From positions 256,001 through 320,000 of the forward strand of contig CAWBAN010000004.1 in NCBI GenBank assembly GCA_963786935.1: a stretch of 64,000 nucleotides of DNA. The letters run 5' to 3'. Source of the stretch: an uncultured bacterium (GTDB lineage: Bacteria > Krumholzibacteriota > Krumholzibacteriia > Krumholzibacteriales > Krumholzibacteriaceae). The notes under the pieces were generated by a model, which made no database searches, was not told where the DNA came from, and saw only the letters and a list, made by a program, of their open reading frames with translations. The translations under genes and the position numbers were made by a program. Shown piece by piece: positions 35,410-44,944 of this stretch (its first letter is position 1; each line of letters begins with the position of its first letter).

Positions 35410-36951
35410 TCACCGGCAGCCGGTGAAGAGATAGTGGTAGGCCGCTCCCCAGGTCCACGCGATATCGTACAGCTCGACCTCGTCGAGGCCGCCCGCCAAA
35501 TACGCGTGGGCCAAGGCGTTATCCTTTCCCATGTACAGCGCGCCGATCGTGTTCGGGGCCGCCTCGCGGCCGTCCCCGGCGATCCACGATCCCGTCATCT
35601 GGTAGATGTAGCATCCGGCCCCGACGACCGTCACCGGTGATGAAGGCTCGCCGAAGCGGTACGAGAAGAGCACGTGGAACCAGCCCGTCGACCGGGCGTC
35701 CGGAATGTCGACTCGATACGTGTGATATTTCGAGCTTCCATATCTGAAGAGCAGCGACTTGAAGCCGTCGGTGCCCGAGGCGTCCTGGAGGAGCAGCTGG
35801 TAGTTGATGGCCCCGTTCGCGTTTCGCTTGCAGATCAGCGACGAGAGCGGATTCGGGGCGGTGGCGGCAGGCACATAGATCCACATCGACATCGTGATCT
35901 CGTTCGAAAGATCGAGGAGCGCGTCGTCGGGAACCTCGACGAAATCGCTGGTCCCGTTGAAGAGGCGCGCCTGGCCGGCGGGCCCGTAGGGCTCGTTCGT
36001 CGTTCCCGTCGCCGTGCCGTCGAGGCCGTTGCCCGACTGGTCGTAGATGGTCGCGAAGCTGGCGCCGGTGCTCATGTTCCAGTAGGCGACGGAGCGGGCC
36101 CAGGGATCGTAGAGCAGCACGACGGAATTCTCGGCGCGGATCCCCGCCGTGGGCAGGGCGGCGCCGACCTTGTTGGTCATCGAGAGCACCGCCGGGGTGA
36201 ACGTGGCGGTTTCGAACGGCGAGATTTCGTATATGTACGTCTGGTAAGACACGGTCGCGATCTCCACGTAGCCGTCCGCGTCGACGATCCGGTCGGTGAC
36301 GTTCCGGAGCGACACGTCGATGGACACGGTGTAGGACGCATCCACCGAGATCGCGGCTCCCGCCACCTTGGCGAGCTGGGGATCGATGACGACGTTGCCC
36401 ACGCTGACGTCGAGGTAGGTCCCGCCCACCAAGCGATGGCTCGCGAGGCTGACGCGAATGCCGGCGATATCGGGGAGCTTGTAGACGCGGATCTTCATCG
36501 CGAGAACGTCCCCCTGGAGCGTCTCGAGATACGCCGGCGAAACCTTGATCATCGGGACCTGCGGGATGAGCGCGATGTCGAGCGCGAGCTCCGTCCCTCC
36601 CGCGACGTCGGCCGTTGTTTCTCCGGAGAAGAGCAGCACATCCGCCCCGTCGAAGGCGTCGATATGGAACAGCCGGTCCGGACCGGCGGGCACGACGACG
36701 CTCGCGACGAGCGTGCCGCCCGAGAGCGCGAGGTCGGCGACGATCGGCGCGATGATGCCCGGCCCCGTCACGGTGAGCGTGAAGGAGGACGCCTGCGCGT
36801 TTCCCCAGGACGTTCCGGGGGCCGCGTGTATCCGCACATCGATGCTCAGCTCATCGGCCGAGGTTATCTTGTCCGAGCACGATGAGACGGTCAGGATCGC
36901 GCACAGGAGCGCGAGCGCCGCGAAGCCGCGAAAGGTACCGGATGCGAACAT
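35410..36951 (-). CDS. Lipoprotein with C-terminal LamG/concanavalin-like domain
   Basis: Lipobox VSSC; VAYWNM...DQSGNGLDG...FNGTSDFVEV...ITMSMWI...GGLDEVELY. Confidence 0.82.
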   Translation of the reverse strand: MFASGTFRGFAALALLCAILTVSSCSDKITSADELSIDVRIHAAPGTSWGNAQASSFTLTVTGPGIIAPIVADLALSGGTLVASVVVPAGPDRLFHIDAFDGADVLLFSGETTADVAGGTELALDIALIPQVPMIKVSPAYLETLQGDVLAMKIRVYKLPDIAGIRVSLASHRLVGGTYLDVSVGNVVIDPQLAKVAGAAISVDASYTVSIDVSLRNVTDRIVDADGYVEIATVSYQTYIYEISPFETATFTPAVLSMTNKVGAALPTAGIRAENSVVLLYDPWARSVAYWNMSTGASFATIYDQSGNGLDGTATGTTNEPYGPAGQARLFNGTSDFVEVPDDALLDLSNEITMSMWIYVPAATAPNPLSSLICKRNANGAINYQLLLQDASGTDGFKSLLFRYGSSKYHTYRVDIPDARSTGWFHVLFSYRFGEPSSPVTVVGAGCYIYQMTGSWIAGDGREAAPNTIGALYMGKDNALAHAYLAGGLDEVELYDIAWTWGAAYHYLFTGCR

Positions 36952-36963
36952 CGTTCACTCCCC

Positions 36964-38085
36964 TCAATACGAAACGCGCAATCCGCCCGACGCCTGGAGA
37001 CCGCCGATGCCGGTGTCCCCGCCGTCGGTCGAACCGGTATAGTACATAACACCGAGATCGAGGCCGAGATTCCGGGAAAGCGTTCTCCCGAGATCGACGC
37101 CGAGATTCAGCAGCGACGATCTCCCGAGCGCTTCCTCGCTCTCCATGATCTGCCGCGTGCCGATCAGAGCGCCGATCGTCCAGTCGCTCCCGAGCGGGCG
37201 CGCGACGCGCAGGAACACGTCGAACTCGTCGCCGTACTGCTTCAGCTCGCTCTCGATCGCGCCCGTCGCCGTGCTGTAGCGCTCGTTGCGGCCGCGCAGT
37301 ATCATCCGAAGCCCCAGCTCGGCGCCGTACGTCTTTCCGGTCAGCGCGGCCCCGAGCCGCGCGCTGAACTGCGGCGACTGCCGGTAGATGTCCGCGCCGT
37401 CGAGCGCGTCCGTTCCGAAGACGGCGAAGCCGAAATCGCCGGTGTACCTGATCCTGCCGGAGGACGCGGCGGCCGTGGCGTTCACCGAAAGCGCGTCGCC
37501 GGGATCGTATTCGCCGACGCCGTCGTACGGCTTGTAGGCGCCGAGGAAATCGTATACCGCGCTCAGGCCGCACGTGAAGGGCCCGAGCTCGGTTGCGCCC
37601 CCCGCCTGCAGGTTGAATCCGAAACCCGCCCCGTAGCTCCGGAGCGGCAGCGACAGGTAATCGCGCGAGAGATACTCGACGATGCGCCGCTCGCCGTCGG
37701 GATCGAGCTCTCGTTTCCCGGTCGGCAGGTTGAGCCCGGCGGAGAGCAGCACGCGGTCCTTCGCGAAGGAGCGCGCGAGCTGGAGCCGCAGGTCGCCGAG
37801 CCCCGACATGCTTTCGTCGACGCTCCCGGCCTCGAGCGCGTTGGAGGCGGTCAGGATCTGGTATCTGGCTTCGAAGTTGTCGCGGATGGGGACGAATCCC
37901 GAGATGCCGAGGCTCGTCTGCGCGAGATCTTCGTCCGGGCCGGACGCGGGATCGAGGGACCATGCGCCGTAGTTGAGCTTCACGGCGAACGAGCCCGGCT
38001 GATTGAAGACGATCTGGCCGTTCGCCGGAGCGGCGAGGAGCGACGCGAGGGCCAGTATCGTCGCGGCGATCGTCCTAATTCGCAT
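36964..38085 (-). CDS. Outer-membrane beta-barrel protein
   Basis: Signal peptide; GLGDLRL...GLNLPTG motif; amphipathic strands; terminal LRVSY. Confidence 0.75.
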   Translation of the reverse strand: MRIRTIAATILALASLLAAPANGQIVFNQPGSFAVKLNYGAWSLDPASGPDEDLAQTSLGISGFVPIRDNFEARYQILTASNALEAGSVDESMSGLGDLRLQLARSFAKDRVLLSAGLNLPTGKRELDPDGERRIVEYLSRDYLSLPLRSYGAGFGFNLQAGGATELGPFTCGLSAVYDFLGAYKPYDGVGEYDPGDALSVNATAAASSGRIRYTGDFGFAVFGTDALDGADIYRQSPQFSARLGAALTGKTYGAELGLRMILRGRNERYSTATGAIESELKQYGDEFDVFLRVARPLGSDWTIGALIGTRQIMESEEALGRSSLLNLGVDLGRTLSRNLGLDLGVMYYTGSTDGGDTGIGGLQASGGLRVSY

Positions 38086-39421
38086 CGAGGTGCCCCCTGA
38101 CGATGATGGTCCCGTAGCCGTTCCCGATGGGACCGCCCCCCGGCGGGGCCATCGGATACGAGCCGTAATACCAGTACAGATCCGTGTTCATGATGAAGCC
38201 GCCGTTCACGAGGTTCGCGGCCTGCGCCGCGTCCATGTCCGTTCCGGCGCCCTCGGGGCTGATCGACGAGGCGACTTCCCGCTCGAACGATTTGGCGCGT
38301 CCGGACGGCGCCCCCTTCAGCTCGCCGCGGTAGGAGGAGGTGAGCTCCATCTTGTCGGCGAGCCGCGAGGCCTCGACGAAGGCGGGATCGAGCGCGCCCG
38401 CCTTCCGGAACGAGCCCGCCGCGTCGTCGAACAGCCCGCGTTTCTCCTGCGAGAGCCCCTCGCTGAAGGCCATGAACGCGAGGAACGATTCGGTGGGAAC
38501 CTCCTCGATCGCGTCCCGCTCGGCCTTGTCGATCGCGATCCCGAGGGTGTCGAGGAGCGCGAACACGAACTTCTTCTCGACGTCGAAGAATCGGTCGAGG
38601 TTCCCCTCGTTCGACTGCGTGCCGCTCGCCGCGCCGTCGACCGTGTTGACGAGCCGCCCGTCGATCCTGAATCCCGATTCGCCGGCCCCGGTCACCGTGC
38701 CGAGGACGATGGTGCGGGTGCCGAGCAGCTTCCCCATGCGCGGGGCGATGCGGCGGTCGGCGTAGCTCGACTCGCCGAGCTTGAGCTCGTCGAGGATCAC
38801 GTTGATCTTGATCCGCTCGAGGACCCGGAGCTCCTTGACCTTGGAGAGATCGATGGCGACGAGCTCGGCGAGTCCGAGCGCTATCGGCTGATAGTCCGGC
38901 GGGAGGTAGGAGCCGTTGAAGTTGACGACTGCGATGCTGTTCTCCGGCGCCGACGCGACGGAGAGCGTGTCCTCGCCGCGCACCGCTTCGCGGGCGTTCG
39001 CGGCGAGCTGCGCGTCGATCAGCACGCCCAGCCGGTCCCGGATCAGCTTCCGCGTCCGGTCGTCCCCCTCCAAATTGGCCGCCGCGGCGTACACGCGTAT
39101 CGCCTTGTCGGTCTCGCCGGTCCTCTCGAATATGAGACCGAGGTAGAAATTCGAGAGCGCGTTGGGGCTGATCCTGTTGGACGCGGCGAATGCTTCCTCG
39201 GCTTTCCCGAGCGAATCGCTCCGGTACCACGCCATGCCGAGCTCCCGCCACGCCCGGTAGTCGTCCGGTTTCTCCTGCACGGCCCGGTACAGGCGGTCGC
39301 GCGCCTCCTCGTAGTTCCCCTGATCCGAAGCGGCCACGCCCTCCCGATAGTAGCTCCCCCCGCAGCCCGCGAGGAGCAGCAGGGGAACGAGAATCGCTGC
39401 CGCACTATATCTCCTCGACAT
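38075..39421 (-). CDS. TPR plus CsgG/TolB_N-like lipoprotein
   Basis: Lipobox LAGC; TPRs; SIAVVNF...GLAELVAIDLS...LRVLER...GKLLGTRTIVLG...RLVNTVDG. Confidence 0.82.
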   Translation of the reverse strand: MSRRYSAAAILVPLLLLAGCGGSYYREGVAASDQGNYEEARDRLYRAVQEKPDDYRAWRELGMAWYRSDSLGKAEEAFAASNRISPNALSNFYLGLIFERTGETDKAIRVYAAAANLEGDDRTRKLIRDRLGVLIDAQLAANAREAVRGEDTLSVASAPENSIAVVNFNGSYLPPDYQPIALGLAELVAIDLSKVKELRVLERIKINVILDELKLGESSYADRRIAPRMGKLLGTRTIVLGTVTGAGESGFRIDGRLVNTVDGAASGTQSNEGNLDRFFDVEKKFVFALLDTLGIAIDKAERDAIEEVPTESFLAFMAFSEGLSQEKRGLFDDAAGSFRKAGALDPAFVEASRLADKMELTSSYRGELKGAPSGRAKSFEREVASSISPEGAGTDMDAAQAANLVNGGFIMNTDLYWYYGSYPMAPPGGGPIGNGYGTIIVRGHLDAN

Positions 39422-39448
39422 CGCACGCTCCTTGTCTTCGAGGCGCTC

Positions 39449-40498
39449 TCAGCTCACGAGCGGCTTGTAGATTTCCATTTTCTTCTTCGCTTCGGTGAAG
39501 GAGTTGTCCTTCTCGTACGCCTTCCGGAAATAGTCGTACGCCTTCTCGTACTCGTATTCGTCCATGTACTTGAGCCCGAGGGAATAGAGCCGCGCGGCGT
39601 CCATGTCCTCGGTCGCCGATTCCTCGATCGCCGCGCCCGCCTCTTTCGAAATCGTGAGGTTGAGCTTGCCGGCGACGTCCTTCACGAGCGCCTTCTCCAT
39701 CTCGACGAAGTTCGGTTTGCCCTCGCGGTCGGCCGTCGTCACGATCTCCGAGGTCTCGACGTCGACGACGCGGACGACCATCCGGGCGCTCTTGCCGTCG
39801 AGCTGCGTGATGCTGCCGAACACCATCAGCTGCGCGCCGAGCATCTTGCCCACCTTCACCGCCGTGGCGGGATCGATCTTCTTGTCCTCGGCCAGCTTGA
39901 TCTCCCGGAGCAGGTAGTCGAGCTTGTCCCGCTCGACGATCCTCACGCCGCCGAACGCGGAGAAATCGTATTCGAAGAAATCGGCGAGCCCCTTGCTGAG
40001 GTCGCCGAGGCTCTCCTTATATTCGCCCACGGAGAAGTTGTCGAACTCCATGACGGCGATCGTCCGCGCGGCCGGCGCGGCGTCGTTCCGGCAGACGAGC
40101 ATGTCCTTGCTCTTCGATATCTCGTACCACTTGTCCCGCAGCTCGCTCGGCCACAGCTCGCGCGGGAAGTTCATGAGACAGTGCCCGATGCTCGAGATCT
40201 CCTGCAGATAGCCGAAGGCCTCGCGTTTGTATTTCTGCCCCTTCGCGTACGTGATGACGCTCTTGACTTCGAGGATGGCGACGCTGTCGCCGGCGGCCAG
40301 ATCCTTCCGCGAGAGCAGCTCGTCGGTGATGGCGAGCCCCGCGTCGAACTCGCCGTCGAGGTAGACGTTGACGGCCTCCGCGAGCCGCTCGGTGAGCGTG
40401 CCCTCGGGCGCCGCCGCGGCGGGGGCCGCCGTCAGCGACCGCAGGGGCGCGAGGAGCAGCAGCGCGAGCATGGCGAAAAACAGAACGATTCGCTTCAT
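39449..40498 (-). CDS. CsgG/HfaB-family exported protein with TPR
   Basis: Signal peptide; TIAVMEFDN...GLADFF...IVERDKLD.LL.EIKL....IDPATAVKVGKMLGAQLMVFGS...RVVDVETSEI. Confidence 0.85.
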   Translation of the reverse strand: MKRIVLFFAMLALLLLAPLRSLTAAPAAAAPEGTLTERLAEAVNVYLDGEFDAGLAITDELLSRKDLAAGDSVAILEVKSVITYAKGQKYKREAFGYLQEISSIGHCLMNFPRELWPSELRDKWYEISKSKDMLVCRNDAAPAARTIAVMEFDNFSVGEYKESLGDLSKGLADFFEYDFSAFGGVRIVERDKLDYLLREIKLAEDKKIDPATAVKVGKMLGAQLMVFGSITQLDGKSARMVVRVVDVETSEIVTTADREGKPNFVEMEKALVKDVAGKLNLTISKEAGAAIEESATEDMDAARLYSLGLKYMDEYEYEKAYDYFRKAYEKDNSFTEAKKKMEIYKPLVS

Positions 40499-40546
40499 GG
40501 CACATTCCTCCCGCTGGTGAATGAGATCGCTCTTCGGAACTCTATC

Positions 40547-41995
40547 CTATTCCTCGAACGCGTGCGAAACGATCTGCGTCCCGCCGCTCTCGAGGGTGAC
40601 GGACGTCGAATAGGAGCGCTCCGTCCCGTCCACGACGGCGACGATCCGCACGTCGTACCGGCCGGGCGGCCGCTCGAAGGTGAACGGCGTCGTCTCGTAC
40701 TGCCGCTCGCCGTTGATGTAGATCGCCGCGTTTCGAGGCCGCGACAGCACCTTGAGGAATCCGGGCGCGACCGCCGGCGGTTTGGACGTACGCGCGCCCC
40801 CGGTTGTTCCTGCGCCGGCGGCGGTTCCGGCGCCGGCGCCGGTCTTTTGGTCGCCGGCCGCGGCCGGTTTCCGCTCCTCGGTCGTGCCGGCCGGGGCGCC
40901 GGTTTCCCCCGTGCGCTCCTGTCGCGTCGTCGAATCGGCGCGGGAGGGAAGGGCGCTCTCGATCGACCGCTGCGTGTCCGTGACGGCCGTCCGGCTCGTC
41001 CCGGCGCCGCCGAGCGCCGGATCGGTCCCTTCGCCTCCTCCTCCCGACATCATCCTGATCCCGGCGATCGCGGCCGCCGCCACGACGACGACCCCCACGA
41101 CGGCGCCGGCGATCTTTCCCCGCGCGCCGCGTTTCGCGGGGCGCCTGGCGGCCGGCGCCGCGGGCGCGTTCGCGGGGGGAACATGCGTTCCGGAGAGCCG
41201 CGAGAGCTCCGATTTCATATCGGCGACGGAGGCGTATCGCTTCGGCGGATCCTTGTCCATCGCCTTCAGGATGATCCGGTCGAGCTCGCCGGGGATATCC
41301 TCGTTGAAACGCGATGGAGGCTCGGGATTCTCGAGGAGCTTCATGTCCCGCAGGATGAACTCGTTCTCCCCCGTGAACGGCGCCCGCCCCGCGAGCATCT
41401 TGTACATCATGGTGCCCACGGCGTAGATGTCGCATTTGGCGTAATCGATCCCTTCGCCCCCCGCGAACTGCTCGGGCGCCATGTACTCGGGCGTGCCGGC
41501 GGCGGTGCCGACGATCGTCATCTGGGGATCGGTCTTTCCCTTGGCGATGCCGAAGTCGATGATCTTGAGCTGCCCGTCCCGGTCGAACATGACGTTCCCG
41601 GGCTTGATGTCGCGATGATAGATCCCCTTGTCGTGCGCGAAGGCGAGCGCGGCGAGGAGACCGTCGACGATAGCGAGGGTCTCGTTCACCGCGAATTTTC
41701 CCTTCTCGGCGATCATCTCCTCGAGCGATTTCCCGTCGATGTACTCCATCGCGATGACGAGCTCGTCCTCGTGATTGAAGAAATGCCGGATGTGGCAGAT
41801 GTTCGGATTCCGCTCGAGAAGGGCGAGCTTGTCGGCCTCCTGCATGAAGCGCGCGGCGTGCCGCGGGTCGGAGAGAATCTTGAGAACGACCTTCAGATTC
41901 GGGACGTCCTTGTGCACCGCGAGGTAGACCTTGGCCATGCCTCCGGCGCCGATCTGCTTGAGGACCCGGTAATTCCCAATCTCGCGCTCTGCCAT
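40547..41995 (-). CDS. Membrane Ser/Thr kinase with C-terminal PEGA domain
   Basis: GAGGMAKVY, HRDIKPGN, DFGIAK and GTPEYMAPEQ; TM; PEGA-like GFLKVLSRPRNAAIYING...TTP...PGRYDVRI. Confidence 0.92.
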   Translation of the reverse strand: MAEREIGNYRVLKQIGAGGMAKVYLAVHKDVPNLKVVLKILSDPRHAARFMQEADKLALLERNPNICHIRHFFNHEDELVIAMEYIDGKSLEEMIAEKGKFAVNETLAIVDGLLAALAFAHDKGIYHRDIKPGNVMFDRDGQLKIIDFGIAKGKTDPQMTIVGTAAGTPEYMAPEQFAGGEGIDYAKCDIYAVGTMMYKMLAGRAPFTGENEFILRDMKLLENPEPPSRFNEDIPGELDRIILKAMDKDPPKRYASVADMKSELSRLSGTHVPPANAPAAPAARRPAKRGARGKIAGAVVGVVVVAAAAIAGIRMMSGGGGEGTDPALGGAGTSRTAVTDTQRSIESALPSRADSTTRQERTGETGAPAGTTEERKPAAAGDQKTGAGAGTAAGAGTTGGARTSKPPAVAPGFLKVLSRPRNAAIYINGERQYETTPFTFERPPGRYDVRIVAVVDGTERSYSTSVTLESGGTQIVSHAFEE

Positions 41996-42391
41996 GCGAA
42001 ACCGCTCCAATCCCGTATCTCGTGTAGCAAAATTCATTTAACCCGGGAGTGTCAACACAAAACTGCATGGCCGCCGCGCAGGCCCATGGTTCCCGAAGAG
42101 GTGCGTGCCCGGCGAACTTCGCTCCTTGATTCGCTTCGGGCGCGGGCTTCCCGGCGGAATGGACGGGGACGCTGACCGGCACGAATCCCGGCTTCATCGA
42201 CCGGGCGAACGGTCTCCTGCGCCCCGCCGCCGGAGCGATCGATATCGGCGCGTTCGAACGAGAGTATCGGCAGCCGGAGCTTCCATCGCATTCTCTCCCG
42301 AATGTCCGTAACTTTTCCGCTCAAAACGTCCAATATCTGCGGAGGAGGTGAATGCTGCATTTTCAAGAGCTTTAAGGAAAAGGAGGATGCC

Positions 42392-42502
42392 ATGGAAACC
42401 TATCGGGAAGCGAAGCGTCTCATGTTCCGGCGCACCGTGCTGATCGCGTCGTTGATCGCGGCCGGGCTTTCTTGGCTTCTGGAATCTGCGCGCTCATTGT
42501 GA
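42392..42502 (+). CDS. Putative 36-aa single-TM small protein
   Basis: AAGGAGG RBS before ATG; METYREAKRLMFRRTVLIASLIAAGLSWLLESARSL. Confidence 0.45.
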   Translation: METYREAKRLMFRRTVLIASLIAAGLSWLLESARSL

Positions 42503-42583
42503 TATAATATCGCCCAGCGGGGACTCGCGGTAAGTGGGGGAAGGCCGCATAATCGCACAATCAGAGTCAGAGGAGGTCGATCC

Positions 42584-44857
42584 ATGGGCCATCGCGGAAG
42601 GATTTCCTTTCTCGTGCTCGCCGTATCCATGGGGATGCTGCTCGTTCATGGTTTCGCCGCGCCGGTCGCGGCGCAGCCGAACGAAGAGAAGTCCGACTGG
42701 CGGGTGAACATCCGGATCGATTACCCGGAGCTCGGTGTCCAAGACACCACCCGGTTGATTGGCCACAGCAAGCTGAAATGGTTCGATCCATATGCCTCGC
42801 CGCTCTTCCCGCCGCATCTCGAGGTCGATTCGCAAATCGACACGGTGAGATTGTTCAATCCAACGGGGAGTTGGGCGTGGAATCCGCCCGGGATGATTTG
42901 GCCGGGGAAGGGCTTCCTGCTCGATCCGGAGCCGGTCATCGAGAGCTTCTTCGATGTCACATTCGAAATAGGTCCGCCCAAGTACGATCCGCTGGACACG
43001 CTGAGGTTGATGGCTCCCGTGCGCACCTTCGGCAAGGCGCACGACTGGCCGCCCCTGTTCGACAAGTTCGAAACGCCGCCGGGCATGCCGCCGGTCCCGA
43101 TGGAAGGGCGCGACGGGCTGGTGCACGCTTTCCTGATATCGATTGAATACGAGATGACTCCGCACTACGAGCCGGAGGTCCACTTGAGCGTCGCGACGGC
43201 ATACGGCTCCGGCGTCGCCCTCGTCGGCGAAGACGGGATGATTCATATGTCGGCCGGCCTGGCAGGCGATTACGAAGCGGTCGAGGCGATATTCAGCCGG
43301 CGGCTCGCGGGCGATCCGGGCCCCTTCGTGCCCTTCCACGTCGACATGGACGGCTCGGCGCCGGTTATCTCGACGGTCGATCCCAAGGGATCGGGAGACG
43401 GATGGTCGGCGAATTTCGATCCGGGCTCCGATCCTTTCGACGGATGCTGGGTCGAGTTCGAGGGCGCGCTCCTCGTGCCGCCCTACGGCATGTTCAGGGA
43501 CACCGTGCTCGTATTCGTCGATCCGACGCCGCCGATCCCTTCCTTCTTCGATATTCATCGAGATTCGATCCCCGTTTTCCACATCGATTCGTTCTTCGAT
43601 ATCACCTATCGTCTGGATGACGAGCTGCCGGCCCCGACGCCGAGCGAGGTCTGGGTGTTTCCGCTGAAGAAGGACTTCCAGCGGGAGCTCACCCCGGTGG
43701 ATCAGCTCGGTCTCGGCACGCCGATGGACACGATGTCGTGCGGGCCGGCGGGGGCCGCGTCGTGCTTGAAGTATTTCGCCGATCACGGTTATCCGGGGCT
43801 GGACAATCCCGGGGGAGACGAGACGAAGCCCGCGATGAGCGGCGAGGACATCGCGCGGGAACTGCAGGGCGCGATGGGGACGAGCGCGACCGAGGGAACG
43901 ACGCCCGACGGCGCGGTGGCCGGCATCGACAGCTACCTCAAGAAGCACGGGCAGAGCGGTTGGACGGTGGAGCACCATCCGGTGGACGACGCCACCGATC
44001 TCGCCGAGATGATCCGCGAGTTCGAGTCGGACGGCGAGGACGTGCTCGTCATTCTCGAGGACGTGACGGCCGAGGGGGACACGATGGGGCACCTCGTGAC
44101 GCTCGGCTCGACGCATTCGAGCTGCCCGGGAACGGCGGGGTCGGGAGGCGCGTCCGGCACGCCGACGGCGAGGATCGATTTCATGGATCCCTACGGGGGC
44201 GGGCTCCCCGCCGACAACGATTACCCGCTCGATACGAGCGAAGGGGGCCGGCCGACGACGGAAGGATACGATCTGGACGGCGAGGGAGCGGACGCCGAGG
44301 TCGCGGGGTACATCAAGGTGTCCCCGCCCGAAGGCGGGCCGGCGCCGGTTCCGCTCGCGCGAGCGGCGGCGCGCGAGCCGTGGATCCTCGCCGCGACGGG
44401 GCTCGTCCGCGGAAACGGCCTCGTGGACACGCTTCGTTTCGGCACGGCGCCGTTCCCCGGCGGCCTGTATCTCATGGAAGTCGTCACGATTGACGATCAA
44501 GGATTCCGGTGCCGCGACATCAGGCTCGCGGGGATTCCCGAGCATACGACCGGCGGCGATCTGCCCGATCCAGGTGGCCGGACGATGCTCCGCGGCTCCT
44601 ATCCGAATCCATTCAATCCGACGACCACGATTGACTTCTACATCGCGAGCGGCACGAAGGTCACGCTCGCCATCTATGACGTCGCCGGACGCAGGGTGCG
44701 GACGCTGATTTCGGACGCATTCACCGAAGCCGGCGTTCACAAGGTCGACTGGAACGGGAAGGATGACGGCGGGAGAAAGCTCGCGAGCGGAGTTTATTTC
44801 GCGAGCTTCAGGGCGGAAGGGCAGGTCGAGGCGCGGAAGCTTATTCTCCTGCGGTAG
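42584..44857 (+). CDS. Secreted protein with papain/C39-like cysteine peptidase domain and C-terminal FlgD-Ig/T9SS-type sorting domain
   Basis: Signal peptide; SCGPAGAASCLKYF, GHLVTL and FMDP; YPNPFNPTTTIDF...IYDVAGRRVRTL...WNGKDDGGRKLASGVYF...KLILLR. Confidence 0.72.
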   Translation: MGHRGRISFLVLAVSMGMLLVHGFAAPVAAQPNEEKSDWRVNIRIDYPELGVQDTTRLIGHSKLKWFDPYASPLFPPHLEVDSQIDTVRLFNPTGSWAWNPPGMIWPGKGFLLDPEPVIESFFDVTFEIGPPKYDPLDTLRLMAPVRTFGKAHDWPPLFDKFETPPGMPPVPMEGRDGLVHAFLISIEYEMTPHYEPEVHLSVATAYGSGVALVGEDGMIHMSAGLAGDYEAVEAIFSRRLAGDPGPFVPFHVDMDGSAPVISTVDPKGSGDGWSANFDPGSDPFDGCWVEFEGALLVPPYGMFRDTVLVFVDPTPPIPSFFDIHRDSIPVFHIDSFFDITYRLDDELPAPTPSEVWVFPLKKDFQRELTPVDQLGLGTPMDTMSCGPAGAASCLKYFADHGYPGLDNPGGDETKPAMSGEDIARELQGAMGTSATEGTTPDGAVAGIDSYLKKHGQSGWTVEHHPVDDATDLAEMIREFESDGEDVLVILEDVTAEGDTMGHLVTLGSTHSSCPGTAGSGGASGTPTARIDFMDPYGGGLPADNDYPLDTSEGGRPTTEGYDLDGEGADAEVAGYIKVSPPEGGPAPVPLARAAAREPWILAATGLVRGNGLVDTLRFGTAPFPGGLYLMEVVTIDDQGFRCRDIRLAGIPEHTTGGDLPDPGGRTMLRGSYPNPFNPTTTIDFYIASGTKVTLAIYDVAGRRVRTLISDAFTEAGVHKVDWNGKDDGGRKLASGVYFASFRAEGQVEARKLILLR

Positions 44858-44905
44858 TGACGGCTCGATTCGACGGCCTTATTTATCGCGCCACGACGTT
44901 CATCG

Positions 44906-44940
44906 AAGCGGGAGGGATCGAGAAACCCCTCCCGCTTTTT
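44906..44940 (+). terminator. Rho-independent terminator
   Basis: AAGCGGGAGGG...CCCTCCCGCTTTTT between convergent genes. Confidence 0.75.
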
Positions 44941-44944
44941 CCGT

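Noticed and set aside
38075..40498. Curli biogenesis operon
   Set aside because: CsgG-like domains only; no curlin repeats or CsgE/F seen.
38003..42175. Very long antisense or alternate-frame ORFs (e.g. 38003-42175 +, 15336-18392 -, 20400-22949 -, 12914-15634 -)
   Set aside because: Shadow ORFs from high GC and codon bias; they overlap genes with clear motifs and have none of their own.
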